The notes below the pieces were generated by a model. That model searched no databases and had not been told where the DNA came from. It was given only the letters and a program-made list of their open reading frames with translations. The position numbers were made by a program, and so were the translations under genes. Below are positions 19,480 to 29,725 of a stretch of DNA of 64,000 nucleotides, piece after piece; positions within the stretch are counted from its first letter, which is position 1, and each line of letters begins with the position of its first letter. The DNA comes from Flavobacteriales bacterium (lineage in GTDB: Bacteria > Bacteroidota > Bacteroidia > Flavobacteriales_C > GCA-002722245): the NCBI GenBank assembly GCA_023251075.1, contig JAHEZM010000009.1:25394-89393 (forward strand). The letters run 5' to 3'.

Positions 19480-19503
19480 AAAAAAGGCCGCCGTGAGGCA
19501 GCC
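19480..19503 (-). terminator. rho-independent terminator of tatA
   Basis: The minus strand reads GGCTGCC-tcac-GGCGGCC followed by TTTTTT. This is a 7-bp GC-rich stem, 4-nt loop and U-tract, 6 nt after the tatA stop. Confidence 0.7.
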
Positions 19504-19508
19504 CTATG

Positions 19509-19685
19509 TTAATCTTTTTTTTGCTCTACGTTAGTAGCATCGGAAGTATTTCCGTCTTTAGCATCTTTAAATTCTTTGATGCCTTTTCCTAAACCTTTCA
19601 TTAGTTCAGGTATTTTTTTACCACCAAAAAGTAATAGTACTATTACCAAAATGATTAGGATTTCCATCCCGCCTAATTTTCCCAT
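19509..19685 (-). CDS. tatA: twin-arginine translocase subunit TatA/E (58 aa; below the ORF-track size cutoff)
   Basis: Manual translation gives '[58 protein letters not shown]'. It has a TM helix, the hinge 'FGGKK(I)P', and the amphipathic 'LGKGIKEFK' segment typical of TatA. Confidence 0.8.
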   Translation of the reverse strand: MGKLGGMEILIILVIVLLLFGGKKIPELMKGLGKGIKEFKDAKDGNTSDATNVEQKKD

Positions 19686-19809
19686 AATTAAAATTATTAG
19701 GCCCTAAAGGTAGTAAATTATTGGTATAGAGAAAGTTTTTAGAGCAGTTTAACAGTTTGTGGGACTATAATTTCCCGCAGATCCCGCAGATTTTCGCTAA
19801 GAAATAATG

Positions 19810-21018
19810 CTACTTACTCAACCACAATTGAGGGTCCATCACCACATTAGCCTTCCAGATCTCGAAGTGGAGTTCGGTTTTTCCATCTTCTGAATTGGTT
19901 TTAACTATACCAATTTCGCCTTTGGTTTCTACTTCATCGCCTTTCTTAACAGAAACCACATCGAGGTTTGAATACATAGTATAGTATTCGCCATGTTTAA
20001 TGAGCACAGCGTATTTATCGCCGGGTAATACTAAAACGGCAGTAACAGTTCCTTTGAAAATAGCACGTGCTTTGGTTCCTTTAGGCACTACCATATCAAT
20101 TCCGTTGTTGTGAATCATAACGGTTTCTAAAACAGGATGTTTGTGATCGCCAAAAGTTTGAGATACGGCTACATATTTTTCTACCGGCCACGGAAATTTT
20201 TTCTGATTTCCTGCGAAGTTTTGCGACAGCTCTTTTTCCTTGGGAGTAAGCGTAACTGCTCCGCCTGTTTTCGTGCTTGCCTTTTTCTGTTCTTCGGCAA
20301 TAATTCTTGAAATTTCAGCATCTCTTTTATCGGCTTCTTTTTTCTTCTCCTTAATTTCTTTTTTGATTTCTTCCTGTTTCTTTTTCAGTTCATCGTAAAG
20401 CGCTTCTTTTTCTTTTTTCTCGCTGGATAGTTTTTGTTTTTCCTGGTTTTCAGTGCTTAACAGTGCTTGTTTTCCGGCTTTAATTTCTTCTAATTTTACA
20501 ACCTCTCCTTTAATTTGTTCACGTTTTGAAGCAATGAGTTCTACTTGTTTCTGACGAAATTTATTGAGATCGCGTAAGTATTTCCAACGTTTGTAAGCAG
20601 TATTGAAACTATTGGCAGAAAGAATGAAAAGTAATTTATCGGTTGATTTTCTTGTTTTGTAAGCATAGCGCAACATTCGTGTGTATTGCACTTTAAGGTT
20701 GTTGAGATCTTTTTCAAGTTTGCGTACTACACTTTGCTGAGCATCGATATCACGGTTAACCAACCGGATTTCGTGATTGTAGTTATTGATTAGTTTTTCT
20801 CTGGCCTCAATTTTTTTACTGGTGATGAACATCGCCAGTTGTGTTTTTTGCTTATCGAGCTTAATCGTCTTTTCGTAGTCTTTTAGTTTTTTTAATTCCT
20901 CTTTTGTTTCATTATTTTTTTTATTCAAATCGCTTTGCTTGTCTTTTGTTTGCGCAAAAGTCAGCAAAGAAATAAGTACAAAAAGCAATGTAAGTTTACC
21001 TAAGTTTTTCATATCCAT
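19810..21018 (-). CDS. M23-family peptidoglycan metalloendopeptidase with a long N-terminal coiled coil (EnvC-like)
   Basis: 402 aa with a signal peptide. About 250 aa is K/E-rich coiled coil. The C-terminal LytM domain contains 'HNGIDMVVPKGT' and 'GDKYAVLIKHGEYYTMYSNLD'. Confidence 0.85.
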   Translation of the reverse strand: MDMKNLGKLTLLFVLISLLTFAQTKDKQSDLNKKNNETKEELKKLKDYEKTIKLDKQKTQLAMFITSKKIEAREKLINNYNHEIRLVNRDIDAQQSVVRKLEKDLNNLKVQYTRMLRYAYKTRKSTDKLLFILSANSFNTAYKRWKYLRDLNKFRQKQVELIASKREQIKGEVVKLEEIKAGKQALLSTENQEKQKLSSEKKEKEALYDELKKKQEEIKKEIKEKKKEADKRDAEISRIIAEEQKKASTKTGGAVTLTPKEKELSQNFAGNQKKFPWPVEKYVAVSQTFGDHKHPVLETVMIHNNGIDMVVPKGTKARAIFKGTVTAVLVLPGDKYAVLIKHGEYYTMYSNLDVVSVKKGDEVETKGEIGIVKTNSEDGKTELHFEIWKANVVMDPQLWLSK

Positions 21019-21817
21019 CAGGTATTATAATTTCAGTATCTAAACTAGTTTCTTGCGGTTCGGCTTTGGTGAAATCGAGGTGAATAATTTTTTCTTTTAA
21101 GTTTTTATCTTTCATGATCACCTGGGTGATTTTAGGGAATTTATATCCATCGTTGCTCCGGCTGATATAGCTGATATCCAAAATTACTTTTTTCAAGGGT
21201 TCCTGATAGTAAACTCTTTGCACATTGGAGCTGTCGCCATAAATCCAAATGGCATGTAAAGGTTGGCTAGTATTGGCAAAACTATTGTTTTGAATAGCAC
21301 TAGTGAGTAAAGCTTTTTCGGGGGTACAATACAATAGGTTAGGTGGCTCTACATACGATTGATAAACAGAATCATGAGCCATTGGGTAAAATTCGCCGAT
21401 GATAATGGATTGTACCAAAGCATAACTGATATTGGTTTTTAGCGAATCGTTAATGCGAGCGTAAGTACCACTGAAATACCTTCCGCTTCCGGTTTGATGG
21501 TCGATAATAATTACAGTGTCTTTGGTAAATAATAATTTAGCTACAGGAAAGCCCATCACGGATGCTGAAATCCATATAACACTGTCTTTTTTCATTCGTA
21601 AATTTGCATTCAATGAAAGAGGAATATCACTGCCTTCCATTGAAATATTTATTTTTCCTTTTAGCCAGGTAAATTGTGGATTATAGCTTTTCGCTTTTAA
21701 GGAAAGAGTATTTTCCTGATGCGTTTTGGTGCGTGTTTGTTTTCCTTTTTTCTTCGCCGTGCAGGCAAAGAAAGTGAGACTTAATACGATCATTAATATT
21801 TGCAACACAGCTCTCAT
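20996..21817 (-). CDS. DUF4292-like outer-membrane lipoprotein (LolA-like fold family); hypothetical
   Basis: 273 aa with lipobox 'LTFFAC|TAKKKG'. It sits in the conserved Bacteroidota dut-TPR-DUF4292-M23 block. Confidence 0.45.
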   Translation of the reverse strand: MRAVLQILMIVLSLTFFACTAKKKGKQTRTKTHQENTLSLKAKSYNPQFTWLKGKINISMEGSDIPLSLNANLRMKKDSVIWISASVMGFPVAKLLFTKDTVIIIDHQTGSGRYFSGTYARINDSLKTNISYALVQSIIIGEFYPMAHDSVYQSYVEPPNLLYCTPEKALLTSAIQNNSFANTSQPLHAIWIYGDSSNVQRVYYQEPLKKVILDISYISRSNDGYKFPKITQVIMKDKNLKEKIIHLDFTKAEPQETSLDTEIIIPDGYEKLR

Positions 21818-23535
21818 TCTACCACTTGTTTTCTTTGAATTTTCAAATCAATTTTATCACTTACATCACCTGCCGATTTTGCTTTTTTCCAATACTCCAG
21901 AGCTTTTTCAGTTTTTCCAGAGCGCGAGTAGGCATCGCCTAAATGTTCTAAGATAGTGCCGTTTTCCGCACCACCATGCGCTTCTGCTTTGTGCAGCCAT
22001 TCCAATGCATCTTCATATTTTTTTTGCTCATACAAGATCCATCCGTAAGTGTCTTCAAAAGAGGCATTGTCGGGAGAAAGTTCATTCGATTTTTTCGACA
22101 TATCGGCAGCCTTGTCCAAGGTTTCTTTTCTTAAAGACAAATAGTAAGAATAGTTGTTAAGCACATAAACATTTTTAGGATCGAGTTTTAAAGAAAGTTC
22201 GTAGTTTTCATCGGATTTAGGATAGTTTTTAATTTCATTGTAAATGTCTCCCAGGTAAGAATAAAATTGCGATTTCAATGCGTCGTTTCCACTCACTAAA
22301 TCCACTCCTCCTGAGAAGCCTTCAATGGCTTCTTCATGTTTTTTAAGTTGCATGGCTGAAATTCCTCTGTACCAGTACAATTCAGATTGTATGGGGAAGT
22401 ATTCAATAGCCTTACCAGCATCGTCGAAAACGTTTTGATATTCTTTCAGTTCTGTTTCTACTTCCAGCAATTGGCGCCATATTAGAAATTTATCTGATTC
22501 CATTTCCAATGCCTTTTTGTATTCTCTTTTTGCTTCACTCCATTTGCCATCTCTGCTGTAGAAATCACCACAAATGGTGTAGCTTTTAGCATCATCGGGA
22601 TGGCGATTTTTTGTAATCTCCAACAGATGGAAAACCTCTTTATTTAAAACAGAATCATTTTTGGAAGAGCGGTAATACTTTATCAGGATATCCACTTTAG
22701 TATCGATGCCCATCTCGGGGTTTTCGAAAGCCAATCCTAATTCATGAAATGCTTTTTCTATTTCTTTTTTCTGGTTGTAATAATCGAATAACGACAAGCG
22801 TGCATTGTAATTATTGGGATTGATGTTGAGTACTTCCTGGTATAAAATAGCAGCGTCATCCTCTTTGTTGATAGAATGATAATAATCGGCCAATTTGATT
22901 TTGTGTTTAAGCTCTTTGGAATCGTGCGCAATCAATTTTTTTAATTCATTAATAGCTTGTTCGCGTTTATTTAATCTATCGTACAGCGCGAACTTCTGCA
23001 TAGAGATATTTTCTTTTATTCCTGTTTTTTCTTCTGCTTTATCTAAAATATCAATGGCCTCCTGATATTTATTTTGATCGGTGTAAACTTCAGAAAGATC
23101 GAAATAGTAATCGATGGAAGTAGGGAATAATTTTATCAATTTTTGAAAGGTAGCTTCACATTCACTGTACTGTTGTGTTTCGCGTGTTAAATCAGCGTAG
23201 AACAGAAGTATCCATTTATTTTCACCATCTAGCTGAACTGCTTTTTTTGCGTTTGCTAATGCCCCTTTGTACTGACGGGTTGCCTCTTGCATCCCCGCTA
23301 TTTCATAGTAGCAACTAGAGCAATCGGGTTTAAGTTTAATAGCTTTCTCAAATTCAGAGAAGGCTTCATGGTATTTGCCTAAGATTTTATAGCGATTGGC
23401 TTCTACAAAATGAAACTGAAATTTCATTTCGTCATCATCGTCAACCCTATTTCCAGTGGGGGTCTTAAAAGTATGATTGCTTTTGCAGGCAGCAAAAGCA
23501 ATCAGTACAGTTAATATCATCAGACGATAATTCAT
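21814..23535 (-). CDS. tetratricopeptide-repeat lipoprotein
   Basis: 573 aa with lipobox 'AFAAC|KSN'. Numerous TPR units are present (W-LG-Y / A-F--A-P-N patterns throughout). Confidence 0.8.
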   Translation of the reverse strand: MNYRLMILTVLIAFAACKSNHTFKTPTGNRVDDDDEMKFQFHFVEANRYKILGKYHEAFSEFEKAIKLKPDCSSCYYEIAGMQEATRQYKGALANAKKAVQLDGENKWILLFYADLTRETQQYSECEATFQKLIKLFPTSIDYYFDLSEVYTDQNKYQEAIDILDKAEEKTGIKENISMQKFALYDRLNKREQAINELKKLIAHDSKELKHKIKLADYYHSINKEDDAAILYQEVLNINPNNYNARLSLFDYYNQKKEIEKAFHELGLAFENPEMGIDTKVDILIKYYRSSKNDSVLNKEVFHLLEITKNRHPDDAKSYTICGDFYSRDGKWSEAKREYKKALEMESDKFLIWRQLLEVETELKEYQNVFDDAGKAIEYFPIQSELYWYRGISAMQLKKHEEAIEGFSGGVDLVSGNDALKSQFYSYLGDIYNEIKNYPKSDENYELSLKLDPKNVYVLNNYSYYLSLRKETLDKAADMSKKSNELSPDNASFEDTYGWILYEQKKYEDALEWLHKAEAHGGAENGTILEHLGDAYSRSGKTEKALEYWKKAKSAGDVSDKIDLKIQRKQVVE

Positions 23536-23544
23536 TCCAATATT

Positions 23545-24546
23545 TTAGTTTTCGGTATTGTAATCACCCACGCTTAATTCGCGTGTACTGCCAGTAATTT
23601 CAGCATAGTTTCCTACCATAGAATTGCGAATATTTGAATTTGAAATTTTAGTGTTTTTTTGAACGATGCTGTTGCTGATAACGGAAGAAGTGATCTTGGT
23701 ATTGTCGCCTATAGAAGCATGCGGACCAACTACTGAATTCACCAATTCCACCCCGTTTCCAATGTAGCAAGGTTCAATGATTACAGAGTTTATCAATTTG
23801 AAAGATCCTTTCAACGAAGCATCTCCTTTTTTGAATTCCAAAACGCGTTGATTAGCATTTACAGTAGCGTTTTTGTTACCACAGTCTAACCACTCATCAA
23901 CAGCACCAGGAGTAAATTTCACCCCTTTTTGTTTCATTGTTTCCAATGCATTGGTTAATTGAAATTCTCCTTTGTCTTTTAAATCATTGTCGATTAGGTA
24001 CTGCATTTCTTTTCTCAACATCTCGCCGTCTTTCACATAGTAAATACCGATGATAGCCAAGTCACTCACAAAAGTTTCTGGTTTTTCAACGAAGTCGGTG
24101 ATATGGTTATTTTTATCAATTTTCACTACACCGTAAGCACGAGGATCTTCTACTTTATGCACCCAAATAATTCCATCGGCATTGTCGTCTAATTGGAAGT
24201 TTGCTTTAAACAAAGTGTCGGCAAAAGCGATGATAGTTTTGCCCACCAATAATTCCTGCGCACAAAGAATAGCGTGTGCTGTTCCCAGCGCTTCTTTTTG
24301 GTAATATATTTTCCCTTTAGCGCCTAAGCTTTCTGCAATTTTAATCAGTTCTTTCTCTACTTCTTTTCCGAAATCACCAATTACGAATCCAATTTCATCT
24401 ACCTTTTCTTTGCAAACACCCACGAGGTCTTCCACTAAGCTTTGAACTATTGATTTTCCTGCAACAGGAATTAATGGTTTAGGAGTTGTTAAGGTGTGCG
24501 GTCTCATTCTTTTACCCATACCTGCCATTGGAACGATAATCTTCAT
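23545..24546 (-). CDS. sugar-phosphate nucleotidyltransferase with a C-terminal left-handed beta-helix
   Basis: The NTP-transferase G-loop 'KIIVPMAGMGKRMRP...PKPLIPVAG' is present. The C-terminal hexapeptide repeats include 'IGDNTKITSSVISNSIVQKNTKISNSNIRNSMVGN'. The ORF-track start at 24600 would overlap dut, so I prefer the internal Met at 24546. Confidence 0.75.
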   Translation of the reverse strand: MKIIVPMAGMGKRMRPHTLTTPKPLIPVAGKSIVQSLVEDLVGVCKEKVDEIGFVIGDFGKEVEKELIKIAESLGAKGKIYYQKEALGTAHAILCAQELLVGKTIIAFADTLFKANFQLDDNADGIIWVHKVEDPRAYGVVKIDKNNHITDFVEKPETFVSDLAIIGIYYVKDGEMLRKEMQYLIDNDLKDKGEFQLTNALETMKQKGVKFTPGAVDEWLDCGNKNATVNANQRVLEFKKGDASLKGSFKLINSVIIEPCYIGNGVELVNSVVGPHASIGDNTKITSSVISNSIVQKNTKISNSNIRNSMVGNYAEITGSTRELSVGDYNTEN

Positions 24547-24571
24547 CTTTCTAATTTTTAGTTTATGTTTT

Positions 24572-25009
24572 TTACTTGTTTCCTGTATGTCCAAATCCAC
24601 CTTCTCCTCTAACAGTTGATTCTAATTCGCCTGTATTTTCCCATTCAATTTGTTTAAATTCTGCCACCACCATTTGTGCTACTCTTTCACCATCTTCTAC
24701 TACAAAATTCTGTGCCGATAAATTCACTAGTAAAACACCAATTTCACCTCTGTAATCGGCATCGATGGTGCCCGGAGAATTTAAAACAGTAATTCCTTTT
24801 TTAAATGCTAATCCGCTTCTCGGACGAATTTGTGCTTCACAATTTTGGGGCAATTGAATGAATAATCCGGTAGGAATTAAAGCTCTTTCCAAAGGTTTTA
24901 GCGTAATGGGTGAAGCAATATTGGCGCGCAAATCCATCCCTGCCGAAAACAGGGTTTCATATTTGGGCAAATCGTGCTTTGATTTATTGATTACTTTAAC
25001 TTTGGTCAT
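24572..25009 (-). CDS. dut: dUTP diphosphatase
   Basis: 145 aa with 'AGMDLRA', '[33 protein letters not shown]' and 'RVAQMVV', which are the five dUTPase motifs. Confidence 0.95.
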   Translation of the reverse strand: MTKVKVINKSKHDLPKYETLFSAGMDLRANIASPITLKPLERALIPTGLFIQLPQNCEAQIRPRSGLAFKKGITVLNSPGTIDADYRGEIGVLLVNLSAQNFVVEDGERVAQMVVAEFKQIEWENTGELESTVRGEGGFGHTGNK

Positions 25010-25039
25010 CGCTTAATATCTTGATTTTACAACGGTTTT

Positions 25040-26548
25040 CTAAGGTATTACTTTTTTCGGTTTTTCTAAAACATAGGCCATTCCTACGTAGCCCAAAAAT
25101 AAGGTAAAACCAAGGCTATATCTCAAAAGAGGAGTAAAATGTATGCTCACTAGCATGTCGAAAACTACCAAAGCACAAGCCAGTCCTAAATAAAACAGAA
25201 TTCGTTTTACAGGATAATCGATAGGATAATATTTTTGTCCGAGAAAATAAGAAATAATCACCATCACCAAATAACAGGAGAAATTGGTAATGGCACAACC
25301 TATATAACCTTTTCCCGGTGCTATTTTTTCGAAAACAGGAATCAGCATAAAATTTCCTACTAACGTAACTATACTTCCTAGTGCGGAAATTAATCCTCCG
25401 AAATAGGTTTTGTTGCTTAATTTATACCAGTTGGATAAGCTGTAATAAATGCCATAAAATATAGCTCCCATCATAATTAAAGGCAAAATAGTTAGCCCTT
25501 CTTTATATTCCGGTCTTTTAAGTAAAACCGTCATTAAAAGTTCTGCGGAGAGCATGATTCCCAAGAAGCCAATGCAAGTGATTAAGGTGAAATATTTAGC
25601 AATATCTGCAAAGGTTTTTTTTGCATCTATATCTTTACTTTTTTTAAAGAAAAAGGGTTCTGCTGCGTATTGATAGGCCTGAATAAAGAGGGTGATCATG
25701 ATAGATAATTTGAAAATGGCGCCATAAATTCCAATTTCTTTCAAGGCTATTTTTTCAGGAAGCAGGTAGTTGGTTACTAATTTATCGAAGTGTTGATTCA
25801 CTGCACCAGCCAAGCCTACAAAAAGCATTGGAGCAGAATAAGGAATTAATTTTTTCCAAAGCGGAATATCAAATTTCCATTTGTGTTTTAGCATTTCGGG
25901 AAGAAGTAATACAAAAGTTACCAAGCTGGCTACTAAGTTTGCAATGAAAACATAGCGAACACCTATATGTGGCGTGTAAACAGAATAAATAATTTTATTG
26001 AGCCAGGGGAAATTGTATTCGTTAGTGAGGTAGGGACAAATAACATAAAAGAAGAAATTTAAGGCAATGTTTATTCCCAGGGAAAACAAACGAATGAAAG
26101 CGAATTTTTTAGCTTTTTCTTTCATTCTTAATCCAGCAAAAGGGATGGCTGTTAGTGCATCAATCCCCACAATTATTCCCAGATAAACAATGAACTCTTT
26201 ATGCTGTGGATATTTCATGGCAACTGCAATGTCTTGTGCGAAATATAGAATTGCTCCCACCAATAAAATGGAAGAACCCAAAACAGAAATAAATGCGGTA
26301 GAAAACACTTCGTCTTTTCGGTCTTCATGAGCTGTAGCGTAGCGAAAAAATCCAGTTTCTAAACCATAGGTGAAGAAGATAATCATCATGGCCACCCATG
26401 AGTAGGTGTTGGTGATTACGCCAAATTGTTCAACAGAAAAAACACGTGCAAACAGGGGCGTTAATAGCAGGTAATTGGCCATTCTGCCCAATATACTGCT
26501 GAGTCCGTAAACGGCTGTTTGTCCTAGTAATTTCTTTATTGCACTCAT
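25040..26548 (-). CDS. oligosaccharide/polysaccharide flippase (Wzx/MOP superfamily)
   Basis: 502 aa with about 12-14 TM helices and the N-terminus 'LLGQTAVYGLSSILGRMANYLLLTPLFARVF', typical of the polysaccharide biosynthesis (PST) family. Confidence 0.75.
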   Translation of the reverse strand: MSAIKKLLGQTAVYGLSSILGRMANYLLLTPLFARVFSVEQFGVITNTYSWVAMMIIFFTYGLETGFFRYATAHEDRKDEVFSTAFISVLGSSILLVGAILYFAQDIAVAMKYPQHKEFIVYLGIIVGIDALTAIPFAGLRMKEKAKKFAFIRLFSLGINIALNFFFYVICPYLTNEYNFPWLNKIIYSVYTPHIGVRYVFIANLVASLVTFVLLLPEMLKHKWKFDIPLWKKLIPYSAPMLFVGLAGAVNQHFDKLVTNYLLPEKIALKEIGIYGAIFKLSIMITLFIQAYQYAAEPFFFKKSKDIDAKKTFADIAKYFTLITCIGFLGIMLSAELLMTVLLKRPEYKEGLTILPLIMMGAIFYGIYYSLSNWYKLSNKTYFGGLISALGSIVTLVGNFMLIPVFEKIAPGKGYIGCAITNFSCYLVMVIISYFLGQKYYPIDYPVKRILFYLGLACALVVFDMLVSIHFTPLLRYSLGFTLFLGYVGMAYVLEKPKKVIP

Positions 26549-26649
26549 TGAGCTTCGAAGATATATCTAATCTCTTATTTGTACTAAGAATTAGCAGAGG
26601 AAGTATTAAGGGCGAATTGTTTATATTTCTTAAAATATATTTATTCAAT

Positions 26650-26683
26650 AAAAAACCGGCAAGTAGAAATTTCTACTTGCCGG
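26650..26683 (-). terminator. rho-independent terminator of the T9SS cargo gene
   Basis: 'ccggcaagtagaa-at-ttctacttgccgg' is a 13-bp perfect stem. On the minus strand it is followed by TTTTTT (plus-strand A-run 26650-26655), 24 nt after the stop at 26707. Confidence 0.8.
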
Positions 26684-26706
26684 TCTTAATGGTACGGTAA
26701 TAAATT

Positions 26707-28782
26707 TTAGTTCTGTATAACCAATGGAATACTATTGCTTTGGTTGTTGTAAGAAATCTTTATAAAATAAAGTCCGTTACTCAACGATTCACAAGAAATA
26801 GGAATATTGTTTCCATTCATACCATTGGTAATAAAAGGCAGAAGCACTTCTTTTCCTACTGCATCATGAACGCTGATGGTTATATTTTGAGTTGATTCTA
26901 ATCCAGAGAGGATAATATTTGAACTTCCATTGCTTGGATTAGGATATACTTGGAATGAATAGGAAGAAGCATTAATATTTTCTGTGCCTGTACAAGTAAA
27001 GCTGTAGATATTAACGGTATCAGTACTAGTGCAAGAACCATCGGTAACTATCAGTTGAAAAACACCTGAATCGGAAACAGAAATAGAAGGTGCTGTAGAA
27101 ATAATTTGGTTAGTGGTTAGATTTTTCCACTGATAGGTGCTATGATTGTAGAGCGATCCAATTGTAATTGGTTGATTTTTACATATTGATGTATCGCCTT
27201 TATTGATATGAGCGCTGTTTGTATTTCCTAATGTTACATTTACTGAGTCACTGGCTTTACAACCTGAAGGATATGCAGCTTCAACGTAATAGCTACCACT
27301 ACTATACACCGTAGTAATTTTATTATACGAAATAATATTTGAGTTTTTCGACCAGATAGCGGATTGCACATTTCCAGCATCCAATACAGCATAATAGTAG
27401 CACGATTGCACATCAGGCAAATTTAATTTAGGAGCACTCACTTCAGTAATTACAGCAGAATCAGTAGCGCTACACCCCGCATTATTACTTACGGTTACTG
27501 AATAGTTGCCAGCACCTACGCGTATGCTAGAACTACTCGCACTATTGTTCCATAAAATAGAGTAAATTGTGGCATCGTAACCTGTGCTCAGGTAAATAGA
27601 ATCGCCAGTACAAATTATAGAGTCGCTAATATTTAAAGGCAAGGATTGGTTGTTGATGAAATTCACAGAATCTGACAAAGTACAGGTATTGCTGATAGCT
27701 ATTCTTGCTACATAAACACCCGGTGTTGATAGTGAAATAGATTGGTTTATTCCAATCAAATTATTATTCGAATACCATTCATAAGAAAGAAATCCATTTT
27801 GAGCAGTGTAAATGAAAGGGGTTTGAGAACAAACTAAAGTATCATGCATTTGACTCCCAAAATTTAGTGGGTTATAGTTGAGTGTTATTGTGGCGGAATC
27901 TTTTGTGATGCATCCACCAGGAGATGTAATGGTAAGATTATATTTCCCAGAGCTATGCATATAGATGTTTTTAGTGTATTCAAAACCATTAGGTGTTTGC
28001 CAAACAAAAGAACTGTTGTTCCCTCCTTGAATATTGGTTTGGATACCACCTGTACCACAAGTAGTGCTATCTTGCAAATCGTAGTTAAACCCATTGTTAG
28101 ATGAGACAACAAATTTACCAAGCACATTACAGCCATTATTTTGAGTAGTAAATAAATATTCACCCGCCGTATTAACTGTTAAATTTGAATCTACAACATT
28201 ATTCCCCCAATTCACTATTCCATTTCCACTTCGTAAAGTAATATTTTGTCCGTTACAAATGTTTGCAAATTGTGTATTTAAGTGAACTGTATCAACAACT
28301 ACAACAGTTACACTGTCTGTTGTTGAGCAACCTTCTTCTGTTGCCGTTACTATATAATCTCCACCCTTGTTTACCACTAAGGTACTATCGGTTCCACTTC
28401 CCGCTCCTGTCCATAGAAAGGACAAGTTGGTACTATTATAATCGAAATAATAATTAGGATGAAGGGTATAATTTTGACCATTACAAATACTAATCGTTTG
28501 TTGGGGCATACTAATAAGAGGCGCGTGTTTTATAATAATAGACATGGTAGCGCTATCATTACCTACCCGATATTTTATAAGGGGAGTACCAAAGGTAATA
28601 GAAGGGTCAAACGTTCCTGTAATTGGATTGGTAATACCGTTTCCACTCCAATATCCTCCAGTCTGACTCGCTGTGAGTGTTATTGGAGAGGCATTCCTGC
28701 AAATAGGATTTACCGGGGTGATGGACACTTGTGCCATCAGAGTTGAATTAATCGCAATGAGCAATAATAAAAGTTTTTTCAT
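26707..28782 (-). CDS. secreted multi-domain (Ig-like/beta-sandwich repeats) protein with a type-A T9SS C-terminal sorting domain
   Basis: 691 aa with a signal peptide and repeated Cys-containing roughly 80-aa modules. The C-terminus 'YSFQVYPNPSNGSSNIILSGLESTQNITISVHDAVGKEVL...GLYFIKISYNNQSNSIPLVIQN' matches the Por_Secre_tail (TIGR04183) pattern. Confidence 0.7.
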   Translation of the reverse strand: MKKLLLLLIAINSTLMAQVSITPVNPICRNASPITLTASQTGGYWSGNGITNPITGTFDPSITFGTPLIKYRVGNDSATMSIIIKHAPLISMPQQTISICNGQNYTLHPNYYFDYNSTNLSFLWTGAGSGTDSTLVVNKGGDYIVTATEEGCSTTDSVTVVVVDTVHLNTQFANICNGQNITLRSGNGIVNWGNNVVDSNLTVNTAGEYLFTTQNNGCNVLGKFVVSSNNGFNYDLQDSTTCGTGGIQTNIQGGNNSSFVWQTPNGFEYTKNIYMHSSGKYNLTITSPGGCITKDSATITLNYNPLNFGSQMHDTLVCSQTPFIYTAQNGFLSYEWYSNNNLIGINQSISLSTPGVYVARIAISNTCTLSDSVNFINNQSLPLNISDSIICTGDSIYLSTGYDATIYSILWNNSASSSSIRVGAGNYSVTVSNNAGCSATDSAVITEVSAPKLNLPDVQSCYYYAVLDAGNVQSAIWSKNSNIISYNKITTVYSSGSYYVEAAYPSGCKASDSVNVTLGNTNSAHINKGDTSICKNQPITIGSLYNHSTYQWKNLTTNQIISTAPSISVSDSGVFQLIVTDGSCTSTDTVNIYSFTCTGTENINASSYSFQVYPNPSNGSSNIILSGLESTQNITISVHDAVGKEVLLPFITNGMNGNNIPISCESLSNGLYFIKISYNNQSNSIPLVIQN

Positions 28783-28928
28783 AAGACGTAAATAATTAAT
28801 AGTTGATCTAATAGTTAATCAGTAGATGCAATCATCATAAATAGGTTGCATCGAAAAAACAACGTGTTTAATTATTTATCATAGAAAATGATTAATGCCA
28901 ACGATATGAGTGAGTGTAAAATAACAAA

Positions 28929-29702
28929 CTAAAAATTCGCCTTTCTTTTTTCCAAAAATGCAGTAGTTCCTTCCGTAAAATCTTTGGTGCCGAAGCATTC
29001 TCCGAATAATTTTATTTCTTCCGCAAAACCACTCACACCATCGGTGTAATTGGCATTTACCGCTTTAATGGCAGAACTTAATGCCATAGGAGAATTTTTG
29101 ATTATTTTTTTTGCGATGTCGTTCGCTTTAGTGAGCAATTCCAAAGAAGGAACAACATGATTCACCAAGCCATAATGCAAGGCTGTTTTCGAATCAATCA
29201 TTTCTGCAGTGAGAATCATTTCCATTGCTTTCGATTTCCCTATCAACTGTGGTAAACGCTGAGTTCCCCCATAACCAGGTATAACGCCTAATCCTACTTC
29301 AGGTAAGCCCATTTTTGCATTTTCAGATGCAATGCGAATATGACAAGCCATCGCCAATTCCAGTCCGCCGCCCAAGGCAAATCCGTTGATGGCAGCAATT
29401 ACAGGTTTTGTAAAATGGGCTACTTTATCGAATAACAATTCATGACCTTTTGCACTCAGTTGTTTTCCTTGTTCAGTGGAAAATTGCGCAAATTCTTTAA
29501 TGTCGGCACCTGCCACAAAAGCTTTTTCTCCTGCGCCTGTGATGATTAATACACGGCATGAATTATCGCTTTCCAAAGAAGTTAATACTGTATTTAATTC
29601 TTCAATGGTTTGTTTGTTGAGCGCATTGAGTTGTTGTGGACGGTTGATAGTGATGGTAGCAATTCCATCATTAATTTGTGAAAGAATGTTGGTGTAAGAC
29701 AT
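28929..29702 (-). CDS. enoyl-CoA hydratase/isomerase (crotonase) family protein
   Basis: 'ITINRPQQLNALN', 'LIITGAGEKAFVAGADIKE' and 'AAINGFALGGGLELAMACHIRIAS' are present. The ORF-track start at 29759 runs into the palindromic repeat ('MVVILRHEGT'). The internal ATG at 29702 is the likely true start. Confidence 0.85.
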   Translation of the reverse strand: MSYTNILSQINDGIATITINRPQQLNALNKQTIEELNTVLTSLESDNSCRVLIITGAGEKAFVAGADIKEFAQFSTEQGKQLSAKGHELLFDKVAHFTKPVIAAINGFALGGGLELAMACHIRIASENAKMGLPEVGLGVIPGYGGTQRLPQLIGKSKAMEMILTAEMIDSKTALHYGLVNHVVPSLELLTKANDIAKKIIKNSPMALSSAIKAVNANYTDGVSGFAEEIKLFGECFGTKDFTEGTTAFLEKRKANF

Positions 29703-29725
29703 AATTTTGGCTTTGATGTGTTGGG

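Noticed and set aside
19686-19809. Direct repeat 'CCCGCAGAT' x2 upstream of tatA
   Set aside because: Only two 9-nt copies. Too short to distinguish from chance. It may be part of the tatA promoter, but I cannot support a call.
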